Positions 1-14,000 of a stretch of DNA of 64,000 nt are shown here, in pieces. The notes beneath the pieces were generated by a model, which was given only the letters and a program-made list of their open reading frames with translations, was not told the DNA's origin and ran no database searches. Numbering within the stretch: position 1 is the first letter of the stretch; each line of letters starts with the position of its first letter. The stretch comes from Cirrosporium novae-zelandiae. Taxonomy: Eukaryota. A program made the translations under genes and the position numbers. Location of the stretch: assembly GCA_026023565.1 (NCBI GenBank), contig JAPETS010000067.1, positions 1 through 64,000 on the forward strand, read 5' to 3'.

Positions 1-225
1 CAAAAACTTCCCCCCCCCCCCCCGAATGTACCTGAGAGAAAGAGAGAGAGACAAAGAGGAGGAAGAAGAAGCATTTCAAACCCCTCGCTATTGCCCCTGC
101 CTAAAAGCTCCAATCCCATAACCACAAACCACGGCAGATCGCTAAAGGAACCAAAAAAATAACCATGAATTGGACATGATCTTTTATGATTCTTCCTTGA
201 TAAGAATTATATATCTAACAATTTC

Positions 226-3200
226 ATGGAAACAGTAGCGGCGAGTCCACAGCAATGGCAATCGGCCCAAACTAGCCAATCGATGGGATCCCATCAACAC
301 TCAAACTCGCATCATCCAGTACAAGCTTCCCTTGAACCACAATTACAATTGAATTCGGGTTACCATTCTCGCGATGCATCTGTCAACAGAGGGAGGCTTC
401 AACCCTCTCAAATCCGCACTGCCCCTCCCCGATCTCAATCGACAACTCGATCCGCTTTTTCGCCAGAACCACGACTAGAGCGAAAATCCTCGCTATCCTA
501 TGGTCACCATCGCCAAACTTCGATAGTTCATGGCGTTCAACACTCGCGAAATACAAGTCTGGCTTCCATTGAGTCGAGCCCTTTGAGCCCGGAGATAATT
601 GCAGCTGCGGGTGTCGGCATGATGAATGGAAACGACCATCCACGCAGCGCTGGGCGAGAGAATACCCCCGACGTACCTTTTGAAAAAGCACCTCTTATTC
701 TTTCTGGTACTGTGAGGGGACCTCCAATTACATCAACCTTACCTGAAGACTCGGTTGTCAATACATATGAGGCAGGATTAGTAACGCAAAGGAAGGTGGA
801 AAGAATGCACAGTGTCAAGTCTCGCAGTGGTCTCAGCCATCATTCTTCTGTTTCCAAACAACGCACGGAGCTTAAAACTCCAAGTGAATATGCTTTACAT
901 CATTTATTCACTGCGGTCAGTCTTAAACCAACTACCATCTTACCTTCTGAGAGCGTAACTGACAATATCAACAGTTTCTGACCCTGGTCGAACCTTTAAT
1001 TAATCAATGCATATTACTTGAAACATTTGAAGATGGTTGTGTGGAAAGAATCTGTGGGCCTGGGGCAGAACCCAAGTTGGATCAATTGATATCTGCTCTT
1101 GGACACATTTTTCGTGACAAGCCACGGCCGCTTATTGATACAGTGATGGTATGGAGAAAATCCAAGAGCGAAGCCGCAAACCAAGCAAAAACAAAGTTAA
1201 ACCAGGTTTGTTGTCCACTGCCTTGATACCTATATCCTGCTAAACCTAGTATAGCAGACATCTGCGGTGCCGGCAAATGGGCTTCTTCTAAGGCGGAACA
1301 CGGAACCAATGAAGGTGCTGACAAACAACCCAAATGGGTTGCCAGTTGACCCCCCAGGATCTTCTATCGCAAACATGCGCCAAGAAGTGAAGATTACGGA
1401 TAAACGCGCTACAGTCGCAGTCTATATTGTGTGTCGGGTATTGATCGAGGTCTACAAGCATAGTAGTCTTTCCGCAATAACACCTGAAATGGCAGAGAAG
1501 CTTGAGGATATTGTTTTCGGGGAGTTGAGGAATGTCGACCCCGACAAACTCGAGGTCTCCCCTTTGATATTGGCCAACTGGACAATATACACAGAACTCT
1601 TGGGTAAAATGAGTGAGCTTAGTCTAGAGAGCGTGTGCAAAAAATTTTGCACCGAGCTAGATAAGTATCATCAAGAATATGCCGTCAAGAATTCGCTAGA
1701 TCCAATATCTGAAGGCAAGATGGAACTACTAATACAGGGTATGCAGCATTTGAAGCTACAGATGGAACCTCTTGCTGCTTGGGACCGATCATGTGAATAT
1801 GTATACGCGCTTGGGAAATATCTCTCAAATGCCCATGGCCTACGCATAAAACATGCATATTGTTCAATCCTGGAAAGACTCTTACTATGGGTTGCAGCTT
1901 CTGCAACACCCGGCCGAGAACTTACAAGTTCCAGGTGGAAGATCGTCTTAGATACACTTAAACCGAAACTGGTGCATCTTGTTCAAAAGCCGCGCCACTG
2001 GCCCGATGCATACCCACTCTCAGCTATCATGCTGTGCATTTCTTCACGGGAAACATTTCTAAACTCATGGCATCAAGCCTGTCTAGCTCAAGCAGGAAAG
2101 CTGAAAGGTGATCGACAAACCGATCGACCTAATCGAGTAATCGCCCTCCAAGCTATCTCTAGGATGGTTTGGACTTATGCAAATATCAATACGGATAAGA
2201 CTGAAGTCAGCGTTCGTAAATTGGAGGATATTCTAAAGATGGTACTACCCAGTGGCAAGAAAACATGGCTGTCAACGGAACACGGCATCACTGAACCGAT
2301 AGTCCAGATCATCAGGATCATTGGTTATAAGTATCAGGACTTCGGCTTCAAAAACATTATTTTTCCCCTGATCAATTCTGAACTTTTCTCAACAGGCAAA
2401 GAATTGAAAGTGGAACAGCTTGAACCAGAGAAAGTGGTCATCAGTATTAGAGCATTCCTTGCTGTGATGTCCGACGTAGAATCCGGGAATCCTCCGCCAT
2501 ATCCACAATGTTTCGAGCCCGAGATCCCCACAGAACCTCTTATTTCACCAATAGGCATTGCTGATCGAATCAGACCTTCGTCAACGAAACCGAAGGCGGC
2601 CACCGTCTTACGAGAAGATCGACTATCAAGACCAATGAATACCAGCAGATTCAACGAGACAGTTAAGGGCTATTACACTAGATTCTGTGAAATCCTCGGA
2701 AAAGTGACAATCCTATGTGACAATACATTCGGGGGACAGGCAACCCTAGATGAGAAGTTTGGCTCAAGCATCACCCCCAAAACTCCTATGAGTGAGAAAT
2801 TTAGCTTCAGAGGCGACGACCACTCTGCCGCTAATGAACAAAAACAAGGATTCTACGACCTTTTTCATGTTGCCGTCCAAGCTCTACCTCGATGCCTTTC
2901 CGTGCATACGCCCCTAAACAGTCTCATCAACCTGCTCTGTACTGGCACCGCCCATGTTCAAAATACGATTGCTATTTCATCTGCTGAATCATTAAAGTCT
3001 ATTGCCCGCCAATTCCATGCACAGCCGGTCACCATTGGGTTTGCCAGATTCATATTTAACTTTGATGCACGCTATTCAACGATGTCGGATGAGGGGCTTT
3101 TGGGTCCCGGCCACATTGAGAATACCCTTAAGCTTTATGTCGAATTGCTACAGATCTGGATAGATGAAATTAAGCAGCGAACTAAGGAAGTGTCTTCTGA

Positions 3201-6200
3201 GTCTTCTGGGGAAAGTAGTACGGCTTCTCGAGGCCTTCAGCTTGACTTGTCCGGCATATGGGCTCATGTTGACGAAATTGAATCTCACGGCTTTTTTTTC
3301 TTGTGTTCCCAGTCACGACGTGTTCGGTTATATGCCATCACGGTTTTGCGACTGATAACGGAATTTGACACAGCACTGGGAAAAGACAATACACGAATTA
3401 TTCGTATTCTTGAAGGCGATCCCCGACAGGTCATGGCTTTAGATGATGAGCAGCTCTCTGTTGCAGAAAGAAGCCGACTCCAAAAAGGCAAACATAAGAA
3501 TACTTCTAGTAGTACTTTGATTGAACTTTGCACTAGTGACGTGTCTTACGATGCCACGCTCTGGTACAAGCTATTCCCTAATGTTGTCAAAATAAGCTTC
3601 GAAACCTGCCCTTTCGCTATTACATTAAGCCGGGATATTATCACAGGAAGACTGATGCAAATGTACAAGACAATCACCTATCATGCCGAAATACCTCGAG
3701 GTGCATATGTAACTCCTGACTCTGGGCCTTATCGTACTGCTCGCTCATCAAATTCGCCCGAGGTTACGGTAGAACAATGGAAGCTATATCTTGTGATGGC
3801 ATGTACCACTATTGTGGAAGCAGGTGGCCAATCCCAAAGTCAGTTAGCGAATTCGCAACATGCCCGCAAGGCCTCAAAAGGATCGGCACAGAATTTGGAA
3901 AAGATCGGCTCCGCACGGTCTCTCTTTGCATATGTTATTCCCCTGCTATCGGCCTCTCTAGAATCTATCCGGGAAGCGATTGTTGTGGCATTGGGGTCAG
4001 TTAATGTCAGCCTCTATCGCACGCTGCTAGAGTCTCTCCAGTATGCTGTTACCACCTGCAACGAAGAAGCAAAAGTCAGGATTGGTGTCCATCGTCGGAC
4101 TCCTAGTACTCCGAGAAGGAATCCCAAAACCGATCGTCTCCGCACCGAGGTCACCCATGTCTACAAGCTTACGTCTCGGTTCTTGAGAGATAAGGTAGTG
4201 TACGAAGATGATTGGATTCTGAATAACCTTGTCAATTATACAAACGACCTGAGGATCTTCTTAAGCGATGCTGACATTCAAACTGATTTAGAGTTCCAAC
4301 GACTTCGACGGCATTATTGTGGCCTCGTAGAAGAGTTGTACGAGGGCATTTGTAGAGCTAAGGAACCACTACGATGGATGCCATTCGAGTCACGTAAATC
4401 CGCCTTTGCTCTAATGGAAGACTGGTGTGGTTATTCACCTAATCAAGGACAGGTTTCTCAAAGAGAACATCAGATGAAACAGTTCGCCCTGGCACAACAA
4501 CAGGAAAGTGGTGAAAAAGGCAACTTTACTGCAGCGTTTGAAATTGAGAAGAAGAATCTGAGAAATGCAGCATTAAGTGCAATGGCCGCGCTTTGCAGCG
4601 GTCCTATTACGATCACCACAGAAAACAAGACGGTTCTACAGTTTGATGTGTCAAGGATGCTTTCATGGATTGACACAATCTTCAGTAAGGCTAGTGACCT
4701 ACTTCAGACTGTTGGCCGACGAGCGCTTAAGAACCTGATCTTACATAACAAGGAGTACCCTTTCTTACTTGAACGTTCATTGGAGATGTGCTATATTACA
4801 GAGCGAGCTAGTGCGTTCGGAAGCTATTTTCAAGTTGTTTCGGAGGTGTTGGCTGAGGAAGAAGACTACCCGCTTCCGTTCTGGAGAGCCCTCTCTGCTA
4901 TCTTGTTTACTCTTGGTAGTGAGAAGAGAGAGGTCCGGATGAAGTCAGCACGGCTCTTACGAACATTAGAAGAGCGACGCCAGAAGAGCTCCAAGATCCA
5001 AGATTTTGATATCAGTATTTCTGACAAGACCAAGGTTGTTTATAAATTGGCACAGTTTGAAACATCCAAACGCTTAGCCCAACAGCATGACGATATTGCA
5101 TTCTTTGTCGTGTCTGAATCCTGTATGCATTTTCGAAAACTTCAACCTGATAATCAACGCAATATGATTGCGGCGATTCTTCCATGGGTTCAAAGCATCG
5201 AGTTACAGCTTGATCCAAATGGCGGCCCAACGGCTCGGTCTTATATGATACTTGCAAATTTTCTCGAGATTACTGTACGATCCAGCGGCGTTTTGCACAA
5301 CGAGGTCCAGGGTCTTTGGCTAGCTCTTGCTACCGGTCCTTATGGTGGTAATGTACAACTGATCCTTGACTTTGTTATAACTCTTTGTCTGGATAGAAAA
5401 GAGCAAAACTTCGTCGACTATGCCAAGCAAATAGTGGTTTACCTTTCTAGTACGCCAGCTGGCTCTAAAGTGATAGATTTTCTCCTGATGCAGATAACGC
5501 CAAAGAACATGGTGTCGGGAAAAGATCCCTCGCCACCCCCTCAAGAAGATCCAAGCTTCCCATACCACGCTGACTTATCAGCTATGCTTCCAATCGGTAA
5601 TAAACAGGCCGGATTCTCTCTAGGCCAGGTTGCACTTATCCTCCTTGTTGACCTTATGGTTTCCCCAATAGAACTAGAGTCTGAGGATGTTCCAAAACTG
5701 CTTCAAGTCGTCCTTGTGCTCTGGGATCATTATACGCCAGTTGTGCAAGAGCAGGCCAGGGAAATGCTTGTGCATTTGATCCACGAGCTTGTTATTTCCA
5801 AGATCGATGATGAAACAACTTCGCCGAACAAGAAATCCATAGAGGACTTGGTTGAGGCCATTCGTCGCGATGATAGCACCGTCGGTTGGACATATGAAGA
5901 TAACAATGGCAAAGAAGGCAGTGACAATGATCTGATTGTTCCTTCAGCAATGGAATACCTTACTGAGGAGGTCGTTAATCTCTTTAGTATTGCTTATGAA
6001 GGAATTAGAGACGAATGGGCTAGGGTAACTCTCACGTGGGCAACATCATGTGCCGTTCGCCATTACGCTTGCAGATCTTTCCAGATATTCAGGTGTATAT
6101 CTAATTCTCTAGATTCCCATATGCTTGCCGATATGCTTGTCAGGCTCTCCAACACGATCGCCGCCGAAGAGGCAGACATTCAAACTTTTTCAATGGAAAT

Positions 6201-7989
6201 CTTGGCCACGCTAAAAACCATCATCGGGGCTCTCATGCCAGCAGATCTACTCTGCTATCCTCAACTTTTTTGGACCACATGTGCATGCCTTAGCACCATT
6301 CATGAGCGAGAGTTCCTTGAAAGTCTTTCGATGCTCGAAAGCCTTTTAGCCAAACTAGATTTCACAGAACCTGCTGTTCTACAAAAGCTTCAGGATAACA
6401 AACCCCCAAAATGGGAAGGCTGTTTTGACGGTATACAACCTTTGCTATACAAAGGTTTGAAGTCTTCAACGTCATTCGAAAGAACTTTAGTTCTCCTACA
6501 GAAATTAGTCCAGCTCCCTGACTGCGATCTAATTGGTGATAATAACCGCATTCTCTTTACAGTCCTCGGAAACCTTCCTCGGTTTCTTTACTACTTTGAT
6601 GACAACCGAGATGACAGTATTGTAAAGTGTGCACAGGTGTTACGACGCATAGCGGAAGATCAGGGCAATGAGATGCTGGTGGATAGCCTTGATGGGTTCG
6701 TGGAAGGCCACTATAGAACAAGCCAGGACTTTCTTGTTGATTGTCTAGATTCAATTCGGTCGTCATACTTTCCTGCCTTCGACTTCAAATGCCTTGTTTT
6801 CTTAATGGGCCTGCTAACAAATAGTACAAACTGGTATAGGATCAAAACCATGGATATTCTGGGTCTGTTGATTCCTGAGGTTGATATGAAACGGCCAGAA
6901 GTGGCTTCTCATGGACCTGATCTCATTTCACCGCTGTTGAGGTTGCTGCAAACAGACCTTTGTCCACAGGCTCTTGACGTTCTCGACCACATCATGGTGG
7001 TTTCAGGAAATCCAATGGAAAGACACCATCTTCGAATGAGCATGGCCTCGTCGCATTCGCGAGCATTAATGAAGCAGTATGAACGTACTCAAAGTCTCTA
7101 CGGCATACCAAATGAATTCGGATGGTCAATTCCCATGCCTGCCATTCAGTCTCAAATGACCAGAAATAATGTCCATGCTGTCTTCTACCAATGTACTGAA
7201 GGTGAAGGGATGGAAGCTCAGTCGGCAACTGCTCCCGAAATAAACTTCCACAGCGATGACTATCAAGAACCTTACTTTGTTCCGACCCGCACAGCCACTA
7301 TGCGCTCTACTGAAACTCAAGGTGACGGGAATATCAGTGACCTAGTTCAAAAACTAGATAGCATCGACGATTTCTTTGATGATGATATCTCACCTACCAA
7401 TAGCCAAACCAATACCTCGCTACATCCAAATCTGCGAGGACGATCTCATACATCTTATTCCAGTGTTACTGATGATGCATGTGCGCATCTATATGACCAG
7501 GAAGCCGCCCCTATCTTGAGCAAGTCACTCGCTCGTTCCGCAAGTACGTCATCATTCCAGAACGGCTTCACCGAACCTCGTCAGCCGCCTCGAGAAAAGG
7601 CTGTTATGTCACCCATGGCATTCTCTGTAACATCACCACCAACCCTCCGACCACCACTACACACACGATCTGTCACGTCTCCTTCGCATAATGGGGTGGG
7701 TACCGGATCATCTGAACTCCTCGCAGAATATGATCCAGAGGAGTTGATGTCCGACGATGACGGGCGCTCTCCACCGCTCAAACCAAGTCCTCAGGAAGGC
7801 TTCTTCCGAAGAACTGGCTCAAGGGTGCGGCGGCTCACATCCGGAAATAGCAAAGAACGAGATCGAGAAAAAGAGAAGTTGTTGAGAACGCAACAACGTT
7901 CAGTCGTGCAGACCAAGAACTCGCCAAGAGTTCCCAAGGTCCCTTCTGAATATCTCCTAAGCCCAGATTCTCCCGACTCGGGCATTTAA
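226..7989 (+). CDS. TAO3: RAM/MOR network scaffold Tao3/Pag1 (Mor2/Furry family), cell morphogenesis protein
   Basis: Three exons (~226-915, 975-1205, ~1255-7989) joined by GT-AG introns into a ~2,500-aa protein. It has EYALHHLF at the end of exon 1, a long alpha-helical MOR2-PAG1-like body (WDHYTPVVQEQAREMLVHL, WATSCAVRHYACRSFQIFR) and a low-complexity tail. Confidence 0.92.
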
Positions 7990-8784
7990 GAGGGTCTAAT
8001 AAAAACCTCTTCATGTTTACGATTTTCAACTGTTTATTAATCTTTTGCTTTCACTTCGGGATGATATTATGGGACACAGGACACACATTCTTTACAGACA
8101 GGAAAAGGTGAAAAACTATGGGTCTTCATTTTTTGTGCTGCTCCGAAAGATGGGTTTTGTCTGTGTTTAATTTTGGAGGCGACATGTCATTTGGCTGGGT
8201 GAAGACAGGCCAAAGATGTCGTCGGTATTTACTTTACAGTAGGTTTTTTGCGAGACGCAACAAGGGCAAGCTGGGTAGTATTTGATTTAATGTTGTGAAG
8301 CAAGCCTGTTGTTGTTCCGCTTGCTTCAGTGGCTGTCCTGTCTAAGGAGGAATGGATGAATATTACGGGTTGATGGTAAACGCATGGAGGGACAAGTCAA
8401 TTTTTGTCCAGAGTGTTGCCTATAAAGTTTATTTGGTGCTTGTTGTCAAAGCAAAGTGCTAGTTTGTATAGCTGTATACCCCCCCAAAGGAATTGATATG
8501 TGAAATATTTATTAGAGCTTCATTCTTCTGTGCTCCGTGTCCCTTTCCGCTCTTGTTTAATAGGGTCTCTTGATGGTGTATTTTTCGAGATTTTAAGTTT
8601 GTTTTTTGTTTTCTGATATGGCTCGTAATCTATAGACATTATCTGTGATAATCTACTTGATCCATCAATTGAACCCTTTTCTGCTGTGACACCGTAGGTG
8701 ATCTATGCACTCGCAAACAAACAAACGTGGTTCATAGGCCACACATACCACTTGTTCACAAAACACACCCACCACCCCACTCCC

Positions 8785-10203
8785 CTAAAATTCTAATGCA
8801 TCCGCCCTCTTCCCCGCAACCTCACGCTCCCCCTCCTCGGCATCCGCGGGCGGTAAATAATACGGCGTAACCACGAACCTCCTCCTCGTCATCGCGAACG
8901 CCCAGTCCTTACTCAAAATCTCCGTGGCCGCATTATTAGAAACGCAAGATTCGGTATAGATGGGCAGTGAGTGAATCTGCAGCAGGCCCTGAGGGTCTAG
9001 AGTTTTTTCCTTTTCTTTTTCCGAGGAGGAATGGGTTTTTGAGGGTGGTGGTGGTGGTGCGGAAATTGCGTGCGGGAATGGTTGGAGGGTTAGAACGCCG
9101 TCGGCGAGGAGCTCTGTCCATCGCACTAGGCCTGTATTGCGCGGGTATAGGGTTAGGGGGAGAGAGATCATGGCTGTGAGGGTTTTGGCGTGGGCGCGTA
9201 GGGTGGCGCGGAGGGTGTGGAGGAGGGGGAGGAGGGCGGCCGGGTTGGCAGTGTAAGGGGCGTAGAGGGTTGGGTGGAGGAGGGAGGGGATTATCAGGCG
9301 GTGAGGGGTTTGGGGCGTGGTCGTTAGAGAGTGGAGGAGCGGGGTTAACAGGGTTTGGAGTGGGGTTGTTGGGGAGGGTGGAAGCGGCAGGTAGGTTATG
9401 CTGGATATGGCGGCGTGGATTAGGGGCTTTGAGAGGTCGAATGTGTGCGTAAATGGCGTGGGAGGGTAGGTGGCGTTTGATGATGGCGTGGACGCTAGTT
9501 GAGGGCCTAAGAGACAGGTTAGTTGGCAGCTGAAGATATGGAGCGTAGAAGGATTAGATATAGGTAATTGATATTCATCTAAAGACGTAGATACACAGCA
9601 AATAACAGAACGGCAATTGAATATAGCAAAGAAGGAAAACCCACCTCTTGCACCGCCCCCAAATCCCTCTCTCCTCCCGAATTCCCCCAAACTCTCATAC
9701 CTCCACGCAATTTTCATTTTTTCCCTCTCCTCGTTTCCCGATTCCTTCCCCTTTGTCTTTCCCCCGCCTTCCTCCTCCTCCTGAATAACCCCTGGTAAGC
9801 CCCTCCCCCAGCCCTTCCCAACGCCAACAACAAATACTTTATGGCCCTGCACGACGCCCTCGGCCGCATAGCATCTTAGTAGTGCACCGGCATAATCTGT
9901 CATGCCTTCTTCTTCGATTAAGAGGGAGGTTCCGAGGGGGAGGCCGGCGTGGCCTGCTAGGAGAGAGTCGAGGGATGAGAGACCGGTGGAGGTGGTTGTG
10001 ATGGAGGGAGTTATAGGGGATGGACGGGTGCCCAGGAGTTGTTGTTGTTGTTGGGGGGGGGGGGGGGGGGTGGGGGGGGGGGGGGGGGGGGGCAGAGATG
10101 ATGAAAGAGTAGAGATTGTAAAAAGAGATAAGGTAAGGAGGGTGAGGGTAGGGTAGGAGTGTAAGGCAGGTAGCGGTGACCTGGGTTTAATTTTTGGAGT
10201 CAT
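8785..10203 (-). CDS. ELP4: Elongator complex subunit 4 (PAXNEB family)
   Basis: Motifs TSTGLSSLDSLLAGHAGLPLGTSLLIEE, YAAEGVVQG, MKIAWRYE, PFTHTFDLSK, LLHTLRATLR and C-terminal PYYLPP...LEF. Probable intron ~9508-9644. The 5' end is uncertain because of a long G/C homopolymer. Confidence 0.85.
   Translation of the reverse strand: MTPKIKPRSPLPALHSYPTLTLLTLSLFTISTLSSSLPPPPPPPTPPPPPQQQQQLLGTRPSPITPSITTTSTGLSSLDSLLAGHAGLPLGTSLLIEEEGMTDYAGALLRCYAAEGVVQGHKVFVVGVGKGWGRGLPGVIQEEEEGGGKTKGKESGNEEREKMKIAWRYESLGEFGRREGFGGGARGGFSFFAIFNCRSVICCVSTSLDEYQLPISNPSTLHIFSCQLTCLLGPQLASTPSSNATYPPTPFTHTFDLSKPLIHAAISSITYLPLPPSPTTPLQTLLTPLLHSLTTTPQTPHRLIIPSLLHPTLYAPYTANPAALLPLLHTLRATLRAHAKTLTAMISLPLTLYPRNTGLVRWTELLADGVLTLQPFPHAISAPPPPPSKTHSSSEKEKEKTLDPQGLLQIHSLPIYTESCVSNNAATEILSKDWAFAMTRRRFVVTPYYLPPADAEEGEREVAGKRADALEF
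10053..10092. repeat. Poly-G tract (~40 nt, one T interruption)
   Basis: Directly visible G run; it reads as poly-Pro in the ELP4 frame. Confidence 0.95.
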
Positions 10204-10346
10204 TCAGAAGAAAAGTGTTGTACATTCAAGCCGAAAGTACCGTAATCTGTAATGGCGGTGAAGAAAGTGAAGGGGGAAAATAGAACAAATAGTCGGAGTT
10301 TTTCAGTCCGATGAACCCAACAGAGTTTAGTGGCTTATAACAGTAA

Positions 10347-10414
10347 CCTTACCAGACCTTACCGTGCTTACCAGGCCTTACCAGACCTTACCTGACCTTA
10401 CCAGACCTTACCAG
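10347..10414. repeat. Tandem 10-mer minisatellite (CCTTACCAGA)n, about 7 imperfect copies
   Basis: ccttaccaga ccttaccgtg cttaccagg ccttaccaga ccttacctga ccttaccaga ccttaccag. Confidence 0.9.
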
Positions 10415-10525
10415 TGGCCACTGAGGCCTACCAGCCGACTGCTATTAGCGATCCTCAACCCCCCCCAACTGACAGTCCCGTAACGGTCGCCAGTCGGCTA
10501 ATGCACTACTGTCACTCAGGCCCGT

Positions 10526-10582
10526 ACCCACACCCACACCCACACCCACACCCACACCCACACTCACACCCACACCCACACC
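10526..10582. repeat. Hexamer microsatellite (ACCCAC)n, about 9 copies
   Basis: acccacacccacacccac... with one C>T variant copy. Confidence 0.92.
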
Positions 10583-11004
10583 TACTACCCGCCCCCAAAC
10601 TAATTAATTCCTCCAGTAACGCCTGAGCCTTTTCGGGTCTGGGACACCTTTGGCTTCTTTAGGCATAATTCAAAATTATCTCGGCCCCAAATACCATAAA
10701 ACATCATAAATACCTTGAATGCGTAAATCTTCTCCAACACTGCCGCGTCAGGTCTCAACTTTTCCTGTCTCAAAGATAACAACTTGGAACAACTTTGAAC
10801 AACTTTTCCTTTCTTCCTATCAACACTCCAAAAACATAAACCACAGACATCCTACTCTCACCATACCCCAGACGCCCCTATGCCACATCCACAGCTAGCC
10901 ATGTGGAGGGGCACATGACTGATTCTACCCAATTGCTACTGGTACTTGCATAGACCTCCAGTGAAACATGCACCTAATCATTTTGTACATTACTGTCGTT
11001 TGCG

Positions 11005-14000
11005 TCAAACCGTTCTCTCCGACGACGCTATACTAACTCGCGGGCTACTGTTGGTAACGCTTCCATTTTCGGTCGATCGGACAGGTCCAAGCCGAGGTGA
11101 CTGTGACATATCTCTTCCGGCCACGCTTGGCGGAAGCCCTAAGAAAGGAATCGAGTTGTCTCCCGAAGGACCCGTCATCACTGGAACCGATGCCTTGAGG
11201 ACTTCACTGTAGAATCGATCCAACGCAGCTGTATCTCTGCAGAATGCCGCTATCTCCTCCGCTAATGCTTCAGGACTAGATGTAGTATCCTTCAGGGAAG
11301 GCTGTCCTGTGGCTCCTGCTATGGTATCTGGAATAGCCCTTACTAGTGGCGAAGAGAACGGAGAAAGGCGCTCAAGCGGCTCTCTCCCAAGTCCCAACAC
11401 CCTACGCATATCATCATGCTCACTCTTCCCTGCCTGTTTGTTGGCGGCGCTTCGACTGTTGTAAAGTCGGTTTGCAAGAAACAATAACTCTCCTTCGTCC
11501 GTTATCTGCGCTAACAATGTTCCTGAACGGTGGATATATTGGGCATACCGATATTCCGGTTTGCCCCATGAGTATGTGACATCGACGTTCCAAGGAAAAT
11601 CAGAGACCGCTTCAAAATCTAGTACGAAATTGAATTTCCTCAAGACTGCTTTTTGGTAATAGTGACGGTCCTTTTTGGTTTGTGGGACGAAAGAAGTGGG
11701 ATCAAAGACATTGTGTGGCTGCTTTTCAGGAGGCTTTTGTGCAAGCTTGACCATCATGGGTGCCCGAAATGGATGTACCTGGGTGATGGAGGAGGCCTCA
11801 GCAATAGGGAGCTCAACAAATCGAAGACCAAACTTTTCTGCCATAGTTGCCCAAGTTACTATAGCATCTTCAATTAATTTGGATGTGACATTCAACCACT
11901 CAATTCGAATATGGTAGCAATTATCCGGGTTGCTCAGTCGGTCGTAATGTAGAGTGATTAACTCTCGATGGTCTGACCTCCTTCGATGATCAACATCGTA
12001 CCGCATGGCTTTGCTAAGGATAACTTTGAGTGTTGTTTTGCTGCTTCTCGACGGCGTTGGCGTTGCTGAATCAATGGAGGTGTTGTCGGCTGTGGAATCA
12101 GACCGAGAGTGAGTCTGGCGAGGAGAGTCTTTTGTCAATGGGTCCGTCATTGGAGTGCTCGGGAACGACCGATCCAATTTCCGGCTGCCAAACCAAATGT
12201 TTCTTGACTCTGGGCGAGGAGTTCGAAACTCAGGACAGATCTGGTAGAAGAAATTTCCGTCTCTAAAGTTGTGCCTCTTTTCAACATGTTGGAACAGTTT
12301 GTTTTCCATCATCACGTTTCCAAATTCGACAGCCTCTTCACGAGTGTCAATGTCTCTGAAGTTTTGCAATAGCCAGCTCGTAAGGTCAACACCTATAAAA
12401 CAGTTGTAATGAAGGCGCCAATGCCATCTCCGATCCATCATTCGAATACCTCTATCACTTTGAATGGTTTGTGCCAATTTGGAGAGGCTGAGGTTGGATC
12501 GTTCAAACAAGTCGCTTTCCGGTAGGAGCTGTATTGTTCTGCCCTCGAATCCTGCATCTGCCAAGAGCGAATTATCCATCTCCGCTGCAACGACATCTGA
12601 AGGGTTCCGTGTCTGATAAACTATGTCCAGAGGGTTCTGATCTTTTCTGGAACGATTCGGGGTTTGAAAGCGCCTCTCCTCCGGACCAACATACCGATAG
12701 CGTTGCCACATTTGGGTAAGCCGAAAAATCCCTTCCAAACGAACCTCTTCTTCACTGTCTTCATCTGGAGAGTAATAAGCTCTCCTTGCGCTTGAAGGAG
12801 GGTCGACTGGAATCAATACAAAGCGGGCACGCCAGAACCGTAATTGTGCTGTAGGATCCACTAGGTGGTCTTTGTGCCCTGCAAGGAATAGATCCACAAA
12901 ATTCCAATTGTATTCTTCGAGGGGAGGAAACAATGTGAGCTGTCGGGTAATATACTGAGAACCCATCATAGTTCGAACCGCAGGATAATATGACCTTAGG
13001 GTTTGGTCATTCTTTGAATGGGACCCTATTGCCATGGGCCGTTGGGTAAGTTTTGTCATTTCCACCTCACCTCCTGTCACGCACAGTAGCTTATGAATTT
13101 TGCTTCCCTTTGTCATAACCACCATGGCGCCATCCTGGGAGAGATAGCTGCTATCAAAAATGTTTAATGATTCAAGTGAAGTTTGTCCTAGTGCTTCTGC
13201 AGCGGCCGAGCCAACTACAATTTGAAAGCCTCGAGATAATCGAAACGATATAAACTCCCTCATCAGATGTTCTCGAGTGCTCGGGGACTCTGCAAGTTCC
13301 CTATCTTCATCTTGAGCAATCCGATAAGGACTTTCTGTATACTCATTTGCAATCTGCTGCTCTGTTGGAAAGTCCTCTGTAGTAAGTGGTAGGGCCGCTG
13401 GAGAGCACAGTGATTTCCATTTAATTACGGAGGTTGGAATTCGGCGAGGATGCACATGCTGCCATGTCCCAAACTTCAGGGGACTATAATTTTCATCCTT
13501 TTTGGGGTTAGCCGGGTTGATTGGAGTTAGCCAGGGCAACAATGCTTTGGCTGGAGAGAGGGCTTGTGGGGTATCGATGGGCTTTGTATCATGTGGTCGA
13601 TCAATCCTCGGGCCACCCTGCCGTGCTCGGGTGGCAAACTGTAGAGCACTGAGTGAATTTCGATGGGGGTGCTCCAGTGAGCTCATATGGTGGCCTGCCT
13701 CTACCAAAGGCCCGGCCCTGTCTGTAAGCATAATCTCTGGCTTTGCTGCACCTTTGATATCAATGGGTTTGGAGTTTGAAATTATGTTCTCGCGACTAGA
13801 TCCACTGGCGGGTGACGTTGAGTCTGGGCGGGGCCCCTTTCTTTTAAGAGGCTCCAGCTTAGGGATGGACGGCAGTTGTTGGGCTTTTGGTTGGGTTTTC
13901 GGACTCGAGGTATTCAGTTTTTCAGCAACAATGGATGATGCTTCGGTTGAGCTTGATATACTTCTTTGGCTTGATGGTCTTCTTAGTAATGTAGGCATGC

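Noticed and set aside
10347..10414. Direct-repeat array as a possible CRISPR
   Set aside because: 10-nt units without spacers, no cas genes, eukaryotic context.
10414..10626. ORF with an (HP)n repeat
   Set aside because: Translation of the ACCCAC microsatellite from a non-ATG start; no other coding evidence.
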